Shown: positions 12,686 through 24,382, counted from the first letter of the whole stretch. The stretch: DNA of 64,000 nt, filler included, from Piptocephalis cylindrospora (GCA_003614145.1; 12 parts of 12 records of this genome joined end to end with filler, not necessarily neighbours in it); one strand, 5' to 3'. Numbers and translations: made by a program. Notes: a model not told the origin generated them from the sequence alone.

Positions 12686-13056
12686 CTGTGGTAATCTAAA
12701 TGGCTCAACCAAGTGAATCAAGGATCAAATAGAAACGCACACCAAGGGAAGATCAAGGTGAAAAAAGCAAGAGAGAAACGGAAGGATGAGCCCCAGAGCG
12801 AGAGTGTTCTCCCTTGCTTCGTCGCCTTGAATGCTTTCCCAGATTATTCCCTAGTTGGTGCATCCCTAGGATAAGCCTTCTCAGCATGTGTTCTGTGGTT
12901 AGAGCGTTCTTGGCTCAGATCACTTCTTGTACGCGCGCTCAAAGTTATCTGGTACTTCCTAGCAAACACACACACATACGCCCATATCCATATCTATACT
13001 CGTATCCTCCAGAAGAGCTTGCTCTTCCGATGTGCAGGCACTCATTGGCCCCCACA
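12686..13056. repeat. Dispersed repeat, copy A (homologous to 27776-28209)
   Basis: Colinear shared blocks CTGTGGTAA, TCAACCAAGT, CCCAGAG, CTCCCTTGCTT, AGAGCG..TGGCTCA, TACTTCCT..GCAAACACAC and CGATGTGCAGGCACTCATT..CCCCACA. Confidence 0.8.
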
Positions 13057-13520
13057 GGCTGCAAGGAAGTGTCTGTTGGGCCTGGAGAGTATTTACTCGA
13101 CGACGCACTCATAGATGACTGACACCTAACATGCTATATGTTGCTCCTGTATCATCCTCAATTCTTACGCAATGACTGGCAACCTGGAGCGAGCCACGCG
13201 TCAAGATTACCAAACAAAGCCTTCTTCTTGCCCTGTAATCCCTTTCTGATCGAGGGGCGGCTGGGATGATGGATGTGGCCCACTATTTCCTGAATACACT
13301 TTCAATATATCACTCATCCCTGTTTTAAGCGTATTGGATGGCATGGACAACAAAGAAATGAGATAGCTATACCTGAACTAGCGCAAGTCTTACAAAGGTC
13401 CCCATTCTAGCTCCTAAACTTGTAGTCTCTAGATCGATTAATCGCCCATTATTTATTCAGACACACATCCTAATCATCATCCTAAATGCTACTCGGTCGT
13501 ACTTCTGGCATGCGACGGTA

Positions 13521-16191
13521 TCAACGGCTCAGACGAGACCAGCGCATACGATAAAGTCTGGCCTGCTCCTGATTCACCTCGGTCCCAAGCCCCTTTTCGT
13601 AAGCCTCTGCAAGCTTGGGAAGAGCCTTATCCATCCCCATGCCTAAAACTCGATGAAGTGGGCCCAAGTGCTTCCTTGGGATCGTCCACATGACGCGCCA
13701 ATTAGTACATAGCCCCATCATCCTGTAACTCTACCCAGCCTTGCAGAAGAGAGAGTATCATTTCTTTATCACCCTCTTGACCACGCTTCATTAAAGCACG
13801 TATGTAAATTCGCCGAGCCTGACGACAATTGTACCGCAGTGATTTTTCAAGTAGGATAATGGCCCTGGCTAGGTCTTCACCCCGATCCAGCAGTTCTTCC
13901 GCATATAGACACATCCCCGTTGGCTCCTCCAGATTTGCTGCTCCCTCAAGATGTTCCTTGGCCTTGGCGAGATTCACGTCAGTCCATTCGCCTTGAGAGT
14001 ATGCTTCGTACAAGCAGAAATGGGCTTCACCGGAGCCCCTCGCCGAAGCCTTCTTCAACAAATCTAGCCCTACATCCACATCCTTCTCCACCCCTTCACC
14101 CTTGATCATGCACATTCCAAGGGATACTTGGGCCTCGAGGTTTCCCATCATATCGTCGCACCACCATTTGTACCAGAAAAAGGTGGCCAGGGTTTGTCTT
14201 CCGCTAGGGATCCCCGAAATTGAGCAATCCTGGAATACCTTGACAGCCCACTCCACATCCTTCTTGCATCCGTATCCAAGACGAAGACGTGCTAGAGCCA
14301 CCCGGCACATGTCGCTCTCCTTCTCAAACCCCTCATAGGTTGCCACAGCCTGCGCCCAACTCTGCTCCACTCCCAAGCCCTCTTCGTATAGGCGTCCCTC
14401 CAGGAATGCTGCCCTTCCGCACTGCCTTATCCGTGAAAAAGTAGCCATTTTCAATGCCTCATGGCCATCTCTCTCCGTGAGAATGGTGCGACTATGGAGG
14501 AAGGCCAGTGCACTCTTCCCCTGATTGGTGAGATCTATGCTCGCAAGCAAAAGATCCATTCCCCGCTTCACATCCTGTTCCTTGCCCTCCCCGGTGATGT
14601 AGCAGTAGGCTAAAGATTCCAGGGCTCGAATCTCTTCTCTCATATCTACTATTTCCCATTGTTTTACGGCCTCCTCCCGGTCTTGAGGAACCCCAAGACC
14701 CCAGTAGTAAATGCAGCCTAGATAATAGCGAAGGTTGGGAACAAGGCTCTGATATCTCTCTTGCTCGTAAAGCGACTCCATGACCCATTTGGTCATTTTG
14801 GGTAGGTGATGAAGGTCCGGGTGAGCTCTTAGAGTCATGCAGTATTCGTAGGCTTTGGCATAATCGGATTGCCGTTCCTCCTCATTGCTTGTATCGTACC
14901 GAAGGAGTGAGGTGATCAGGTCGTTGCAACTTCTGAAATAGCCAGCTTCCAGACAAGCTTCCCCGTTAAGTATCACATTTTTCCGGTTATTGTTGTGACG
15001 ATTAACAATCATCAATCCGTAGGAACCAAGGATGGAGCCAGCATCGACAGCGTCTTGAAAAATCACCTCTGCCTTTTTCTTATCCATATCGCACCCATAT
15101 CCTCTCCAAAGACTGTGAGCGTACTTGGCCTTGGCTGGGAGAAAACCAAGTGAATCTGCCCTACCTAAACACTTAGTCTGCAAGGTGGTTGAGGATCTTG
15201 AAAAACAATGCCATCCACTGGCAATCCCGTAGTAGGTGAGGGCCTTTGGGTCATTCTGGATTGCCGCACGAAGAAACCAGAAGCAGTAAAGAGGCCCGTT
15301 CTCCTCCAGCCCCCGATCACCATCCATGTACGCCTCCCCCAGCCACAGCATTGAGGGGACATCCCCGGCAAAGGCCTTTTCGTATCTCTCCCCAACCTCT
15401 GTGCCCTTATATTTGTTGTGTTCCTCCTGGAGGGTCTTGGTTTCCTGGATAAATTTTGTAGCATCCCTGGTACCCTTCTTATTTTCCCATTTTATCAAGG
15501 CTCTGGAGGTATTCTTGAGCTCTAGTCCTGAATTTGCCTCCAACATCTTGGATCTCCATTCGGCCCAACGGTCAAACCAGTCATGGATACTCTTTTCCAT
15601 TGCAGCATTTTCTTCCTAAATATTTCATATGGGAAAGGAAGCTGGTGAGGAATTCCTTGCTCTTTCAGTAATTACTGGATTAGGAAACACAATCCATTCA
15701 AAAACCTTACCTTACCGGGATAAATGATAAAGGAGGCGCATTTTGCGGACAGTTGAGTGATTTCTTCAGTAAGATGAGCCAGCATACGGAGCTCCTCCTC
15801 TTCGTCTTCAGCGGGGCCGTTGTACCCGATCATATCCATGACTTCAAGGACACGAGGACGGATTGATATGTCGATATCACTCAACGAGTCCAGAGCCTCA
15901 AGAGCGCTTTTCATGCAGCTGGCCATGGTTTCCAGACTGGAATCACAACACAGGTGGTATACTGGTTTTTCCTTCAAATATTTTTCGATTTTCTGACGAA
16001 CCTGCCGAATCCTAGAAACAATAAAGGTGTATCAGTTGTTTATCAGACGAACAACCTGTGGTGATATCATTTCTTCACTTACATGTAAATACGAGGTTGA
16101 CTCTTGAGATGAACCTGATGAAGGATCCAGTTCCCAAGTTGACACTTGGACGCTATCCTGGGGAAGGCCTGGTTAATCCTTTTGATGGCTA
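13521..16191 (-). CDS. Sel1-like repeat protein (multi-exon, 5' end lost at a chimeric contig end)
   Basis: Repeated Sel1 motifs LGCIYYWGLGVPQDREEA, LAYCYITGEGKEQD, GRLYEEGLGVEQS, LGMCMIKGEGVEKD and LAEAYEKGLGTEVN. Upstream exons at about 15710-16012 and 16065-16191. Confidence 0.85.
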
Positions 16192-18099
16192 CAGGGGAAG
16201 AGTGCACTGGCCTTCCTCCATAGTCGCACCATTCTCACGGAGAGAGNNNNNNNNNNNNNNNNNNNNNNNNNNNNNNNNNNNNNNNNNNNNTTAATTAATT
16301 AANNNNNNNNNNNNNNNNNNNNNNNNNNNNNNNNNNNNNNNNNNNNCATGCTCAAGAAGGAAGAGGATGCACACTTCCTCAGAGGAAAAAAGGTTGGAAA
16401 GGGAAGAAGCGGTAGAAAACATTGGGAAAGAGAAAAAAGAAGGTAGGCTACAGAACGCACAAAGAATCATTGCGCTGCGCCTTTTATAGAGTGAGCAGCA
16501 CACATTCAAAAAGGTGTCCCCTATACTAAAGTTCAGCCCGATGCAGAAAACTGCTTGAAAAAATATTCAGTCAATTGCCCATAGCCTTACACTGAGGGTA
16601 TAATAGACTTTAGCCTAAAGTTCAGCCATGAAAATATCCATCCTCAAATAAATATCCGCAAAAAATCATGAATAATTATATATAATTTCTGATTTTTAAG
16701 GAATATTTGCATACTAAGAAATAAACTAATAAAACAAAAAATAATAACCTCCGGCACTAATAGTATATATATTCGTAATCATTGCTCCGAGGGCTATCTA
16801 GTGGTATATATTTGAACATTGGATTGTGGGCCACCTATTCTAACGATTAGCCAACAGCACATTTTCAGGGTTCCAGCTGAACCCAAAGTGAACGGCTGTT
16901 TAGTTTAGCCCTGCGGATCAACGTCGCCCAACGGGACTGGAACCTTGGTTCCGATCCTCAAAGGCGCGTTATCCTGGCCTTAACCTCCAAGCACCGATGT
17001 ATTAGTGAGTGCCGCATATGGATGAAGTTGGATGATTGATCCGAGGAAATGGTGAGTCTTGTATGCGCTATATGAACTGTCCAAAACGCACGTCCATGGA
17101 GGAGCATTATTTGATGTAATAAACGTCCCTTCTTTCTCTATGAATATATGTCATTTATGAAATTATCACCAATAGCAAGGACATTTCTGATGTTGCTCTT
17201 AAAGGGTATTATTACTGCCTTAACATAAAATGATTACAAAAATGCACCGCTCCAAGCGGTGACTTGAGCGCCCCGGTCTCCTTGGCTGTCATTGCGCTTA
17301 CCATAGCTCCATCTAGCGCTTACCAGGTGTGGTTGGCTAAGATATACTTTTGTGGCAGTAGTTGGAGAGGTGCACACTTGGTAGAGGTAATAGCAGAGTA
17401 CTTTGGCCCCAGGCTAATGCTGTAGAAGGGATGAGGCATACAAAATGGATACCTGTAGTATGGTACGGTACAGCTCAATCGATAATCTAACCTAATGTAT
17501 GGTATGGCCCTATTCATCATGTATGTCCAGTTTTTATATGCCTAAAGGGGTAGTAGTGGCAGTAAACAACGAGATGTATTGTGTTTAAAGCCTGGAGCGC
17601 CAGGGCTCATCCATCTAAATAATAATAATATAACAATAATAATAGGATGAGTATGTATTTTCCCTCTCGACCCCACATGAACCTAGATGTGTGAGTGTGG
17701 GTGTGAGCGTATGAGGCGGGGTGATACTTTTGTGTGCGCCAGATGCTCCTAGATTCCCCATGCACCATAACGGCAGTAATCATGATTCCCATCATCCGAC
17801 CTAGGCTGTGCGTTTATCAGTGGCAAGCTATGCCTTCCTCTCCCCTCACCTCACTATGACAACACTGAGGGGTACCCGCCCCCCAGTCAATTGTCTCATA
17901 CGGGAGGTAGAGAGGGTATAAATAGCTTCACACTCACATTCACATCCATCTATCATCTTTGCCCACCCATCTATCCATCCATCCATCCATCCATCCATCC
18001 CCTCGCCCTATCTTCCCCGTCTTCCTGTCCGCCCCATCCTCCCGAGAACCACCGCTTCCCTCACATCCCATCCTCTCCCTTCCCCTCCCTTTGTATTGC

Positions 18100-18788
18100 A
18101 TGTCCGGTATCCAAAATCTTCAAAGCTACGATCCTTTCGCCGATACCGGTGATCAAGAAGCCGGTCAACCTACCAACTATATCCGTAAGTAACGTGGCGC
18201 TCTCCTCGCTAGGGTGGAGGAGGATGAACAAGCTGGGACAAGGGGGATCCGAGTGATGATAGCTTTATACGTTGTATAACTAGTGGACGGTCTTTGAAAG
18301 ATGGGAGGGGTGCTGTCATGATCTTTCGATGGTGCACACCTTATCCCTGAAGGCTATGAGGTTTCTGGGCCGGGCTGGTCGTTTTGACTGTCTGGTTCAC
18401 CTTGTGTTCCGCTGTGATGCCCATCCTATGTCATAGTTACACTGAGGGTCCCCCTTTCCTTTGCGAATGATCTTTGTTGGTGTTGGTGATATGGATATAG
18501 GAGCTCAACTGACCTCTCTCCTGTCCCTCCCTCGTTGTAGATATCCGTATTCAACAACGCAATGGTCGGAAAACTCTAACCACCATTCAAGGTCTCTCTG
18601 AGGACCTGGATCAAAAGCGCATCCTCAAGGCATTCAAAAAGAAATTTGCCTGCAATGGATCCCTCGTCGAGGACGAGGAGCACGGTGAGGTCATCCAGCT
18701 TCAGGGTGATCAGCGTGGCAAAGTCCTTACCTTCCTCGTTGAGGAGGAGATTACCGCCAAGGAGATGGTCAAGATCCATGGATTCTAA
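18100..18788 (+). CDS. SUI1: Translation initiation factor eIF1 (110 aa); exons 18100-18184 and 18541-18788
   Basis: MSGIQNLQSYDPFAD...NYI|HIRIQQRNGRKTLTTIQG...KKFACNGS...VIQLQGDQR...KIHGF*. GTAAGT donor, CTGAC branch and TAG acceptor. Confidence 0.95.
18241..18455 (+). ncRNA. snR63: Intronic box C/D snoRNA, snR63/SNORD46(U46)-like; predicted guide for LSU rRNA Am2256 (yeast numbering)
   Basis: C box GTGATGA 18253-18259 and D box CTGA 18442-18445. Terminal stem AGGGGGATCC (18241-50) pairs with GGGTCCCCCT (18446-55). Antisense element GTCATAGTTAC is complementary to LSU helix-69 GUAACUAUGAC. Confidence 0.88.
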
Positions 18789-19468
18789 GTGCTTGTGTGC
18801 TTCCCTCTTTGATACTTAAGAGGAAGATATGAAATGTGTGTGTGTAAGTGATGAGTGTGCGAAAGATGGGTTTTGTTGATGGAGGCGATGAGAATATAAA
18901 ACCCATGGTGTGCTGTTCAACTGTTGAGATTTGCTTCGACAATGTCATTCATTTGTGCTGGTGGGGGACATCCTGGGATTAATGATTGTATGGTTTATAG
19001 TGATGATAACTAACTATCTTTGCATGGAGTTTTCAATGATAGAAAAAGTAATCATCATAATAATATGGTTCAGTGGAATGCTCCTTGTGAGGATTTGCTA
19101 CTTTTTACATATAGATCTAGCTACTCAGCCAATTTTCTTCTTATGGTATCATTGTGCCTTCAGGCTCTCTTTTACCTGTCGGTATACTGACACGTTAGCA
19201 ATACCAAGGAGGAAGAAGGAGGGAATGTCATTACTACTTGAGGAGAAATCTGAGCTGTCCTCATCTCCAGATCCCGCCGACCATTAGAGGGTCTACTTGG
19301 GGACTCCGACTGCTCCAAGGCCAATGCGTCGCTGTAGTCATGAATAATGGTGGAATGGATGAATCTCCCCGCCCTTTCTTTTCTCTCCCGTTCCCTTCCT
19401 TTTTCCTCACATCTACTTTTGTTTCTTGCCTTGTCTTTGATCCTCCATTCCTGACCGGTCTAGCGATA

Positions 19469-21672
19469 ATGCTTACCAAAGAAGCGGAAGTCTTCCTCTT
19501 GGATGTGGGGCCGTCAGCCGGTTTACCGGTGTTTTTGGGAAGAAAAGCGAACGGGTTGACGCGACTAGATGCGAGTAAACAATACATTCAGGGACGGTGG
19601 CTTCCCCAATTGACGTATCCTCGGAAGACGTACAAAACCGCACTGATCCTCTTTGGAAGTACTTGTAAGTGAAGGAGAGGAGTATGTCCTGGGAGGTATT
19701 GCAGTGAGTTGGCTACACTCACCCTTCCATTATTGTTCTCGCGCCCTTACCTGATATGCCGCCCCAGCCCCGGATAATCCGATGCACAAAGAAGCGGGAG
19801 ATTACAAGCATGTACAGATTACATGTCCATTGGGACGCTTGGAGACCCAGATGCTAGAACGGGTGGGATGTGGGGAGGGCAAAGGGGTCATTCAGACGGA
19901 GCAAGGCACCTCGGATTGTACGTACTCGGGGGGAAAGGGCCTTGCCGCTCATCTCACGACTTTCCATGGACAATGAGGGGGTAGGGCTCGATGGGATGAT
20001 TATCGCCCTTCAGCATCTACATGAACAAAAAGTGGACTCTGGACATGGATATGTACCTCGCCTAATCCTCCTTACCCCAGCGACAACCCCGGTAAACACT
20101 GTGGATTTGGGAGTGGTTCAGGCGCAGATCCGACGCATGGGCATTGTCCTTTCCATCGTTGGCCTTTGCCAGAAGGCCTTTCAGCCCGAGGACGAAGTAA
20201 GAGGGAGGAGCGAGCGCGTTTAACACCCTGTCTCTTGAGAGGCTGGATGAGTTGGTAAAACCACTCACCTCTCACTCTTACCCCTCCCAACACTAAAAGG
20301 TATGTAAACAGCAGGAGGCTCTCAAAGAGATGGCCATTACCTCGGGGGGACGAGTGATGTCCTTTTCGCAGGCGCAAAGAAGTCATCTTCCCTTGCACAT
20401 CCCGGCTGTGGCGCCTAATACGACGTTCCAAGGACCGTTGCTCTTCCCGGGCTTATCAAAATCCAAGGGTAATGTCATCCCGGTGGTGGGGTATGCCAAG
20501 ATAGCCAAGGTCAAGGAGCTGAGCAAAGAGAAGGTTCGACGTGCACAGAGTGGAAGTCCTTTGACTCCGTTGGAGATCTGGGAGATCGTAAGGGATGGAG
20601 AGGAGGGGAGGGAAGAAAGGGGAGAGGAGGGATCCTTGGTCCCGAAGGAGGAGATTGAAAGGGGTTATGTCATCGGACGAAGCCTTCTCTCCCCGGATCA
20701 GGCGACTTCCCTTGACTCCGGATGGAATCGAGGAAAGGACCGGAAGGGCTTTAGGATTGATCGATTTATTCAGCGTGACCAGGTGAGTTTTTACTGTGTA
20801 GGACCAGGGTGGAATGCGCTTGCTCATCCTCATAAATTGTCATGAATGAATGTGTGTGTGGAGGGATAGGTACGACTGGAATGGCTGGTGGGGACAACGA
20901 CGGTGATTTTCCCGGGAGAGGAGGGGCCTGGAAAGGGGATATGGGCGGCGCTTGTGGAGGAGATGATTAGTGACGAGGTGGTTGGTGTGGGCAGGTATAC
21001 TCGGCTGGATTGGGAGATAACACGGACGGGTCTATTCTTCCCATGGCGCCAGGGCCTCGAAGAATGCCTTCACTTTATTACGGTGGGTTCATTGAGGGGG
21101 GAGGTGGCTTGTATTTTGCTCATACTCATGTGCTACTTGAATGGGCCAAGTAGATTGGAAGAAGGGAGGAAGAGACCAACTGGCGACTGGTGGACGAGCC
21201 ACTTTGGGGAGGAAAAAGGGAGAAGATACCCACAGGACCGTCTAAGGAGACGGGGGGGAAAGGGAATGAGGAAAAGGAGAATAGGAAGAAAGAGGTGATG
21301 CGTCGGTGGCTCGAGGGGCAGGGAGCGGTGCGTGAGGTAGGATACCGCTCCGGATGGTATGAACCTGTGCAGGAATCTCCTGGAAGGGTCAAGGGTATAG
21401 CGCATCCAACGACGCAACGGATGATCCTTTCCCTGGGAAAGTCCGTGGTGAAAGGGATGCACTTTGGAATCAAAGATGAGGAGGCCGACGAGGGAGGTGG
21501 GAAGGAGGGGGGGCGGGATGAGGAGGCGCTTCGTCAACTATTTCCCATACAGCCTTCAGGTAAGGGGAGGAGGGGAGCCTTATTTAGTGTTGGTCTCCTA
21601 CGGACTCAATTATCCATGGGGGGGGGGATGGATCCTTGGGTAGAAAAGGCCAAGGAGTCTGTATCGTCCGGG
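19469..21672 (+). CDS. KU80: Divergent Ku80-like NHEJ protein (vWA plus beta-barrel), multi-exon, 3'-truncated
   Basis: MLTKEAEVFLLDVGPS, TALILFGS, DNPM..YKHV, LDGMIIAL, RLILLT, IERGYVIG and ALVEEM..VGVGRY resemble Ku80 blocks. GT-AG introns at about 19665, 19918, 20207 and 20783. Confidence 0.65.
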
Positions 21673-22394
21673 NNNNNNNNNNNNNNNNNNNNNNNNNNNN
21701 NNNNNNNNNNNNNNNNTTAATTAATTAANNNNNNNNNNNNNNNNNNNNNNNNNNNNNNNNNNNNNNNNNNNNAGAAAGAAATGAATGATAACATTGATTA
21801 TCATCACGTATGCCTCCGCTAAAAGGAAGTATCAAAGATACGCCAATTCCCTGGCAGCGACCTGATTTTGGTCGTTCTTATTCATTCAACCCCTAAGCAA
21901 TCGCCATTGATCTTAATAGCCATTTTGTTGTCGCCAACAGAAATAAGGCACTTTGAAATGATCCACTCATGAGGCGAATGAACTTGTCCTCCCTAGTAAT
22001 CCCAGATGGCTTGTCATCGTCCACCTGGGGATAGTCTTTTCACTTCGTACTAGGTTTCATCCATACTTGAGCCACATGTCCAAGAGACGGTTACCAGCTC
22101 TAACAGTCGATCTAAACTCCGTCAAATCAGTCAAGCCATTATGATTGTCATATTTTGTCCACGTGGTGCGGGCCTTCAATGTTACATGTGTCCCATCCTG
22201 TGACATGTATAAGAAAAGAAAAAACGTGGCTTTCGCAAAGGGATAAAAGGAAGTAGAGAAATAATCCTCTGAGCTCCTCGTTCTTTCTGTCTTCATCCCG
22301 CCACTTCCCAAAAATTGATTTCTTTGCAAAACCATCTTACACTCTAACGATAACATATTCCCCAAGCTCCTTTCTCTCGTCTCCTACCCTGATT

Positions 22395-23711
22395 ATGCGT
22401 ATCCCTCTAAATTTCGCTTCCACTAGCGACCCTTCCAACTTTCCAGGCAACCCCTGGTCCTTGGTCCTATCCCTGCTGCTCTTCATCTTCATAATCTCTA
22501 ACCCTTTGGTCTCTGCAGCGCCGTCCGCTCAGCCATCTTCGGATGCTAAGTGCCCCAAAGCACCTTTCCCGGAACCTGGTAAAAATCGCGTAAAGCCTTA
22601 TCTACCTCAGCCAAACCATAAGCTGACTGATGTAGAGTGGGGTTACTGTGCCTCCTTGGCGGTCAAGGATGCTTTCAATGTCCTTTACCTGCTAACAAGC
22701 CGAAGCTACTCCTCCAGACCTTACACCAAGAGCCTTGGCAAAGTAGATATGAAGGCCATGTCCCACGCCTTTATGCAGCCACTTTTTAAGTACAGTTCCA
22801 TCACTACAGATGAACGTAAAATTACTGATCCTAGTGGACATTCCGCCCACATCGTCAGTGCCACTTCTAAAATTACTAAATATCACAACATCAAGGCCAA
22901 GCTGATAAGCAAGTCTTCTGAGAATTTCTATACAGCAAGGGATTTTGAGGACGAGGTCCTGAATCACGTTCGAGCATTCGCTGTCTCTTCGAATATCGTG
23001 GCTCGTCCTCTTGACTTTGTCATCGAAGACACCAAGAATTGGATCCTCGCTTTACCCACCTATGACGGAGACCTATCCATGCTCCTCGGATCAGACGACG
23101 GTTTCAAGAAACACATTTCTGGATGGAAAGCCGACGGGACTCTCCCAGAGGTTATCGCTCATGACCTTATGTACGATCTGATCAAAGGACTTGCTGCCAT
23201 CGACGCTGCAGGTGTCCATCATCGCGATTTGCATGAAAAAAACATTCTGTTTACTGCCCCCGAGAAAAAGCCCACCTCTAAAGGAAAAAAAGTACTTCCT
23301 GAACTCCCCAAGCTCGTTCTGACCGACTTTGGTTCGTCCGTGAATCAGAACGATGAAGACTTCTCCACAACCCATCACCGAATGGGCTCTTACCACGCCA
23401 CACCCCCTGAAGCTTATCAGAAAGGCAGCAAGAAGGGAATACCAGGTCATCATAAGCATTACGATTCTTATTCTATTGCTGGTATACTCTTTCGCCTGGT
23501 TCTAAAGCCTAGGAAAGGGCATAGTCGGTTCATCTCGCCCAGTAGGACAAAGGCGACCGACAAGGCTAGCCTGGGCTTGTCTGAGCCCTTACAACATATG
23601 TTCCGCGATGTTCTTTTCTCGGATAACCGAAGCAAAATTACCTACTCGATCTTTATGCGAGATTATGTAACTCCATGGCATGAGTCCATGATTAGGGTAA
23701 GCCGTTCATAA
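22395..23711 (+). CDS. Ser/Thr protein kinase-like protein with N-terminal signal peptide or anchor
   Basis: Hydrophobic WSLVLSLLLFIFIISNPLVSA-AP, then kinase motifs IKAKL, FEDEV, HHRDLHEKNIL, LTDFG, TPPE and DSYSIAGIL. Confidence 0.85.
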   Translation: MRIPLNFASTSDPSNFPGNPWSLVLSLLLFIFIISNPLVSAAPSAQPSSDAKCPKAPFPEPGKNRVKPYLPQPNHKLTDVEWGYCASLAVKDAFNVLYLLTSRSYSSRPYTKSLGKVDMKAMSHAFMQPLFKYSSITTDERKITDPSGHSAHIVSATSKITKYHNIKAKLISKSSENFYTARDFEDEVLNHVRAFAVSSNIVARPLDFVIEDTKNWILALPTYDGDLSMLLGSDDGFKKHISGWKADGTLPEVIAHDLMYDLIKGLAAIDAAGVHHRDLHEKNILFTAPEKKPTSKGKKVLPELPKLVLTDFGSSVNQNDEDFSTTHHRMGSYHATPPEAYQKGSKKGIPGHHKHYDSYSIAGILFRLVLKPRKGHSRFISPSRTKATDKASLGLSEPLQHMFRDVLFSDNRSKITYSIFMRDYVTPWHESMIRVSRS

Positions 23712-24382
23712 ATATTGGGCCATGTCAAGGATGAACAATGAGGGCGAAAGAGATGACCCGGTGGACAAAGTGGTGAGAATGATTAAGAAGGTATGGCACC
23801 CTTGGAGTGATACTGGGAAATATGACGGGAGAACAGTAGATTGGTGGTGTAGGGCTGCAGAGGAGATGCCTAAAGGGTATATCATGCCTGTCCGAATTCC
23901 CACTTTTCATCATTGAATGATCTTCATGATGGTAAATGTTTTTCAGATGGATATGACTTATAAATATTTGTAGTATCGTAATGATTTTGCATAGGATATA
24001 CTTCGAAGGCTAGTCTCTTGGCACCGCGTATGCCGGCCGCTTAGGCAGACATTATGTCAGAATATCCATCAACGTTCCTCATTAAAGAAAAATAAGCCAG
24101 CCTACTATCATTATGAATACAATTAGTCCCGTAGGGGAGATGACCCCTTTTCCATCCAAAACTTAATCCACAACCCGAGTTGCCCAGAGAGGTAAATTTA
24201 TACCGTTATCAGATAGAAAAAAAAAGATAGAGAAAAATGTCCCGACGACCACCCCACCCCCTATCAAATCTCAGATCAGAATTGAAAGCCAATGGAAAAA
24301 CAAAAAGAAATAGAAAAAACGCACCCTCTCCCTCTCTCCTACGCCTCAACTGACGCATGCTTCAAATATCCTTCTTTACTCA

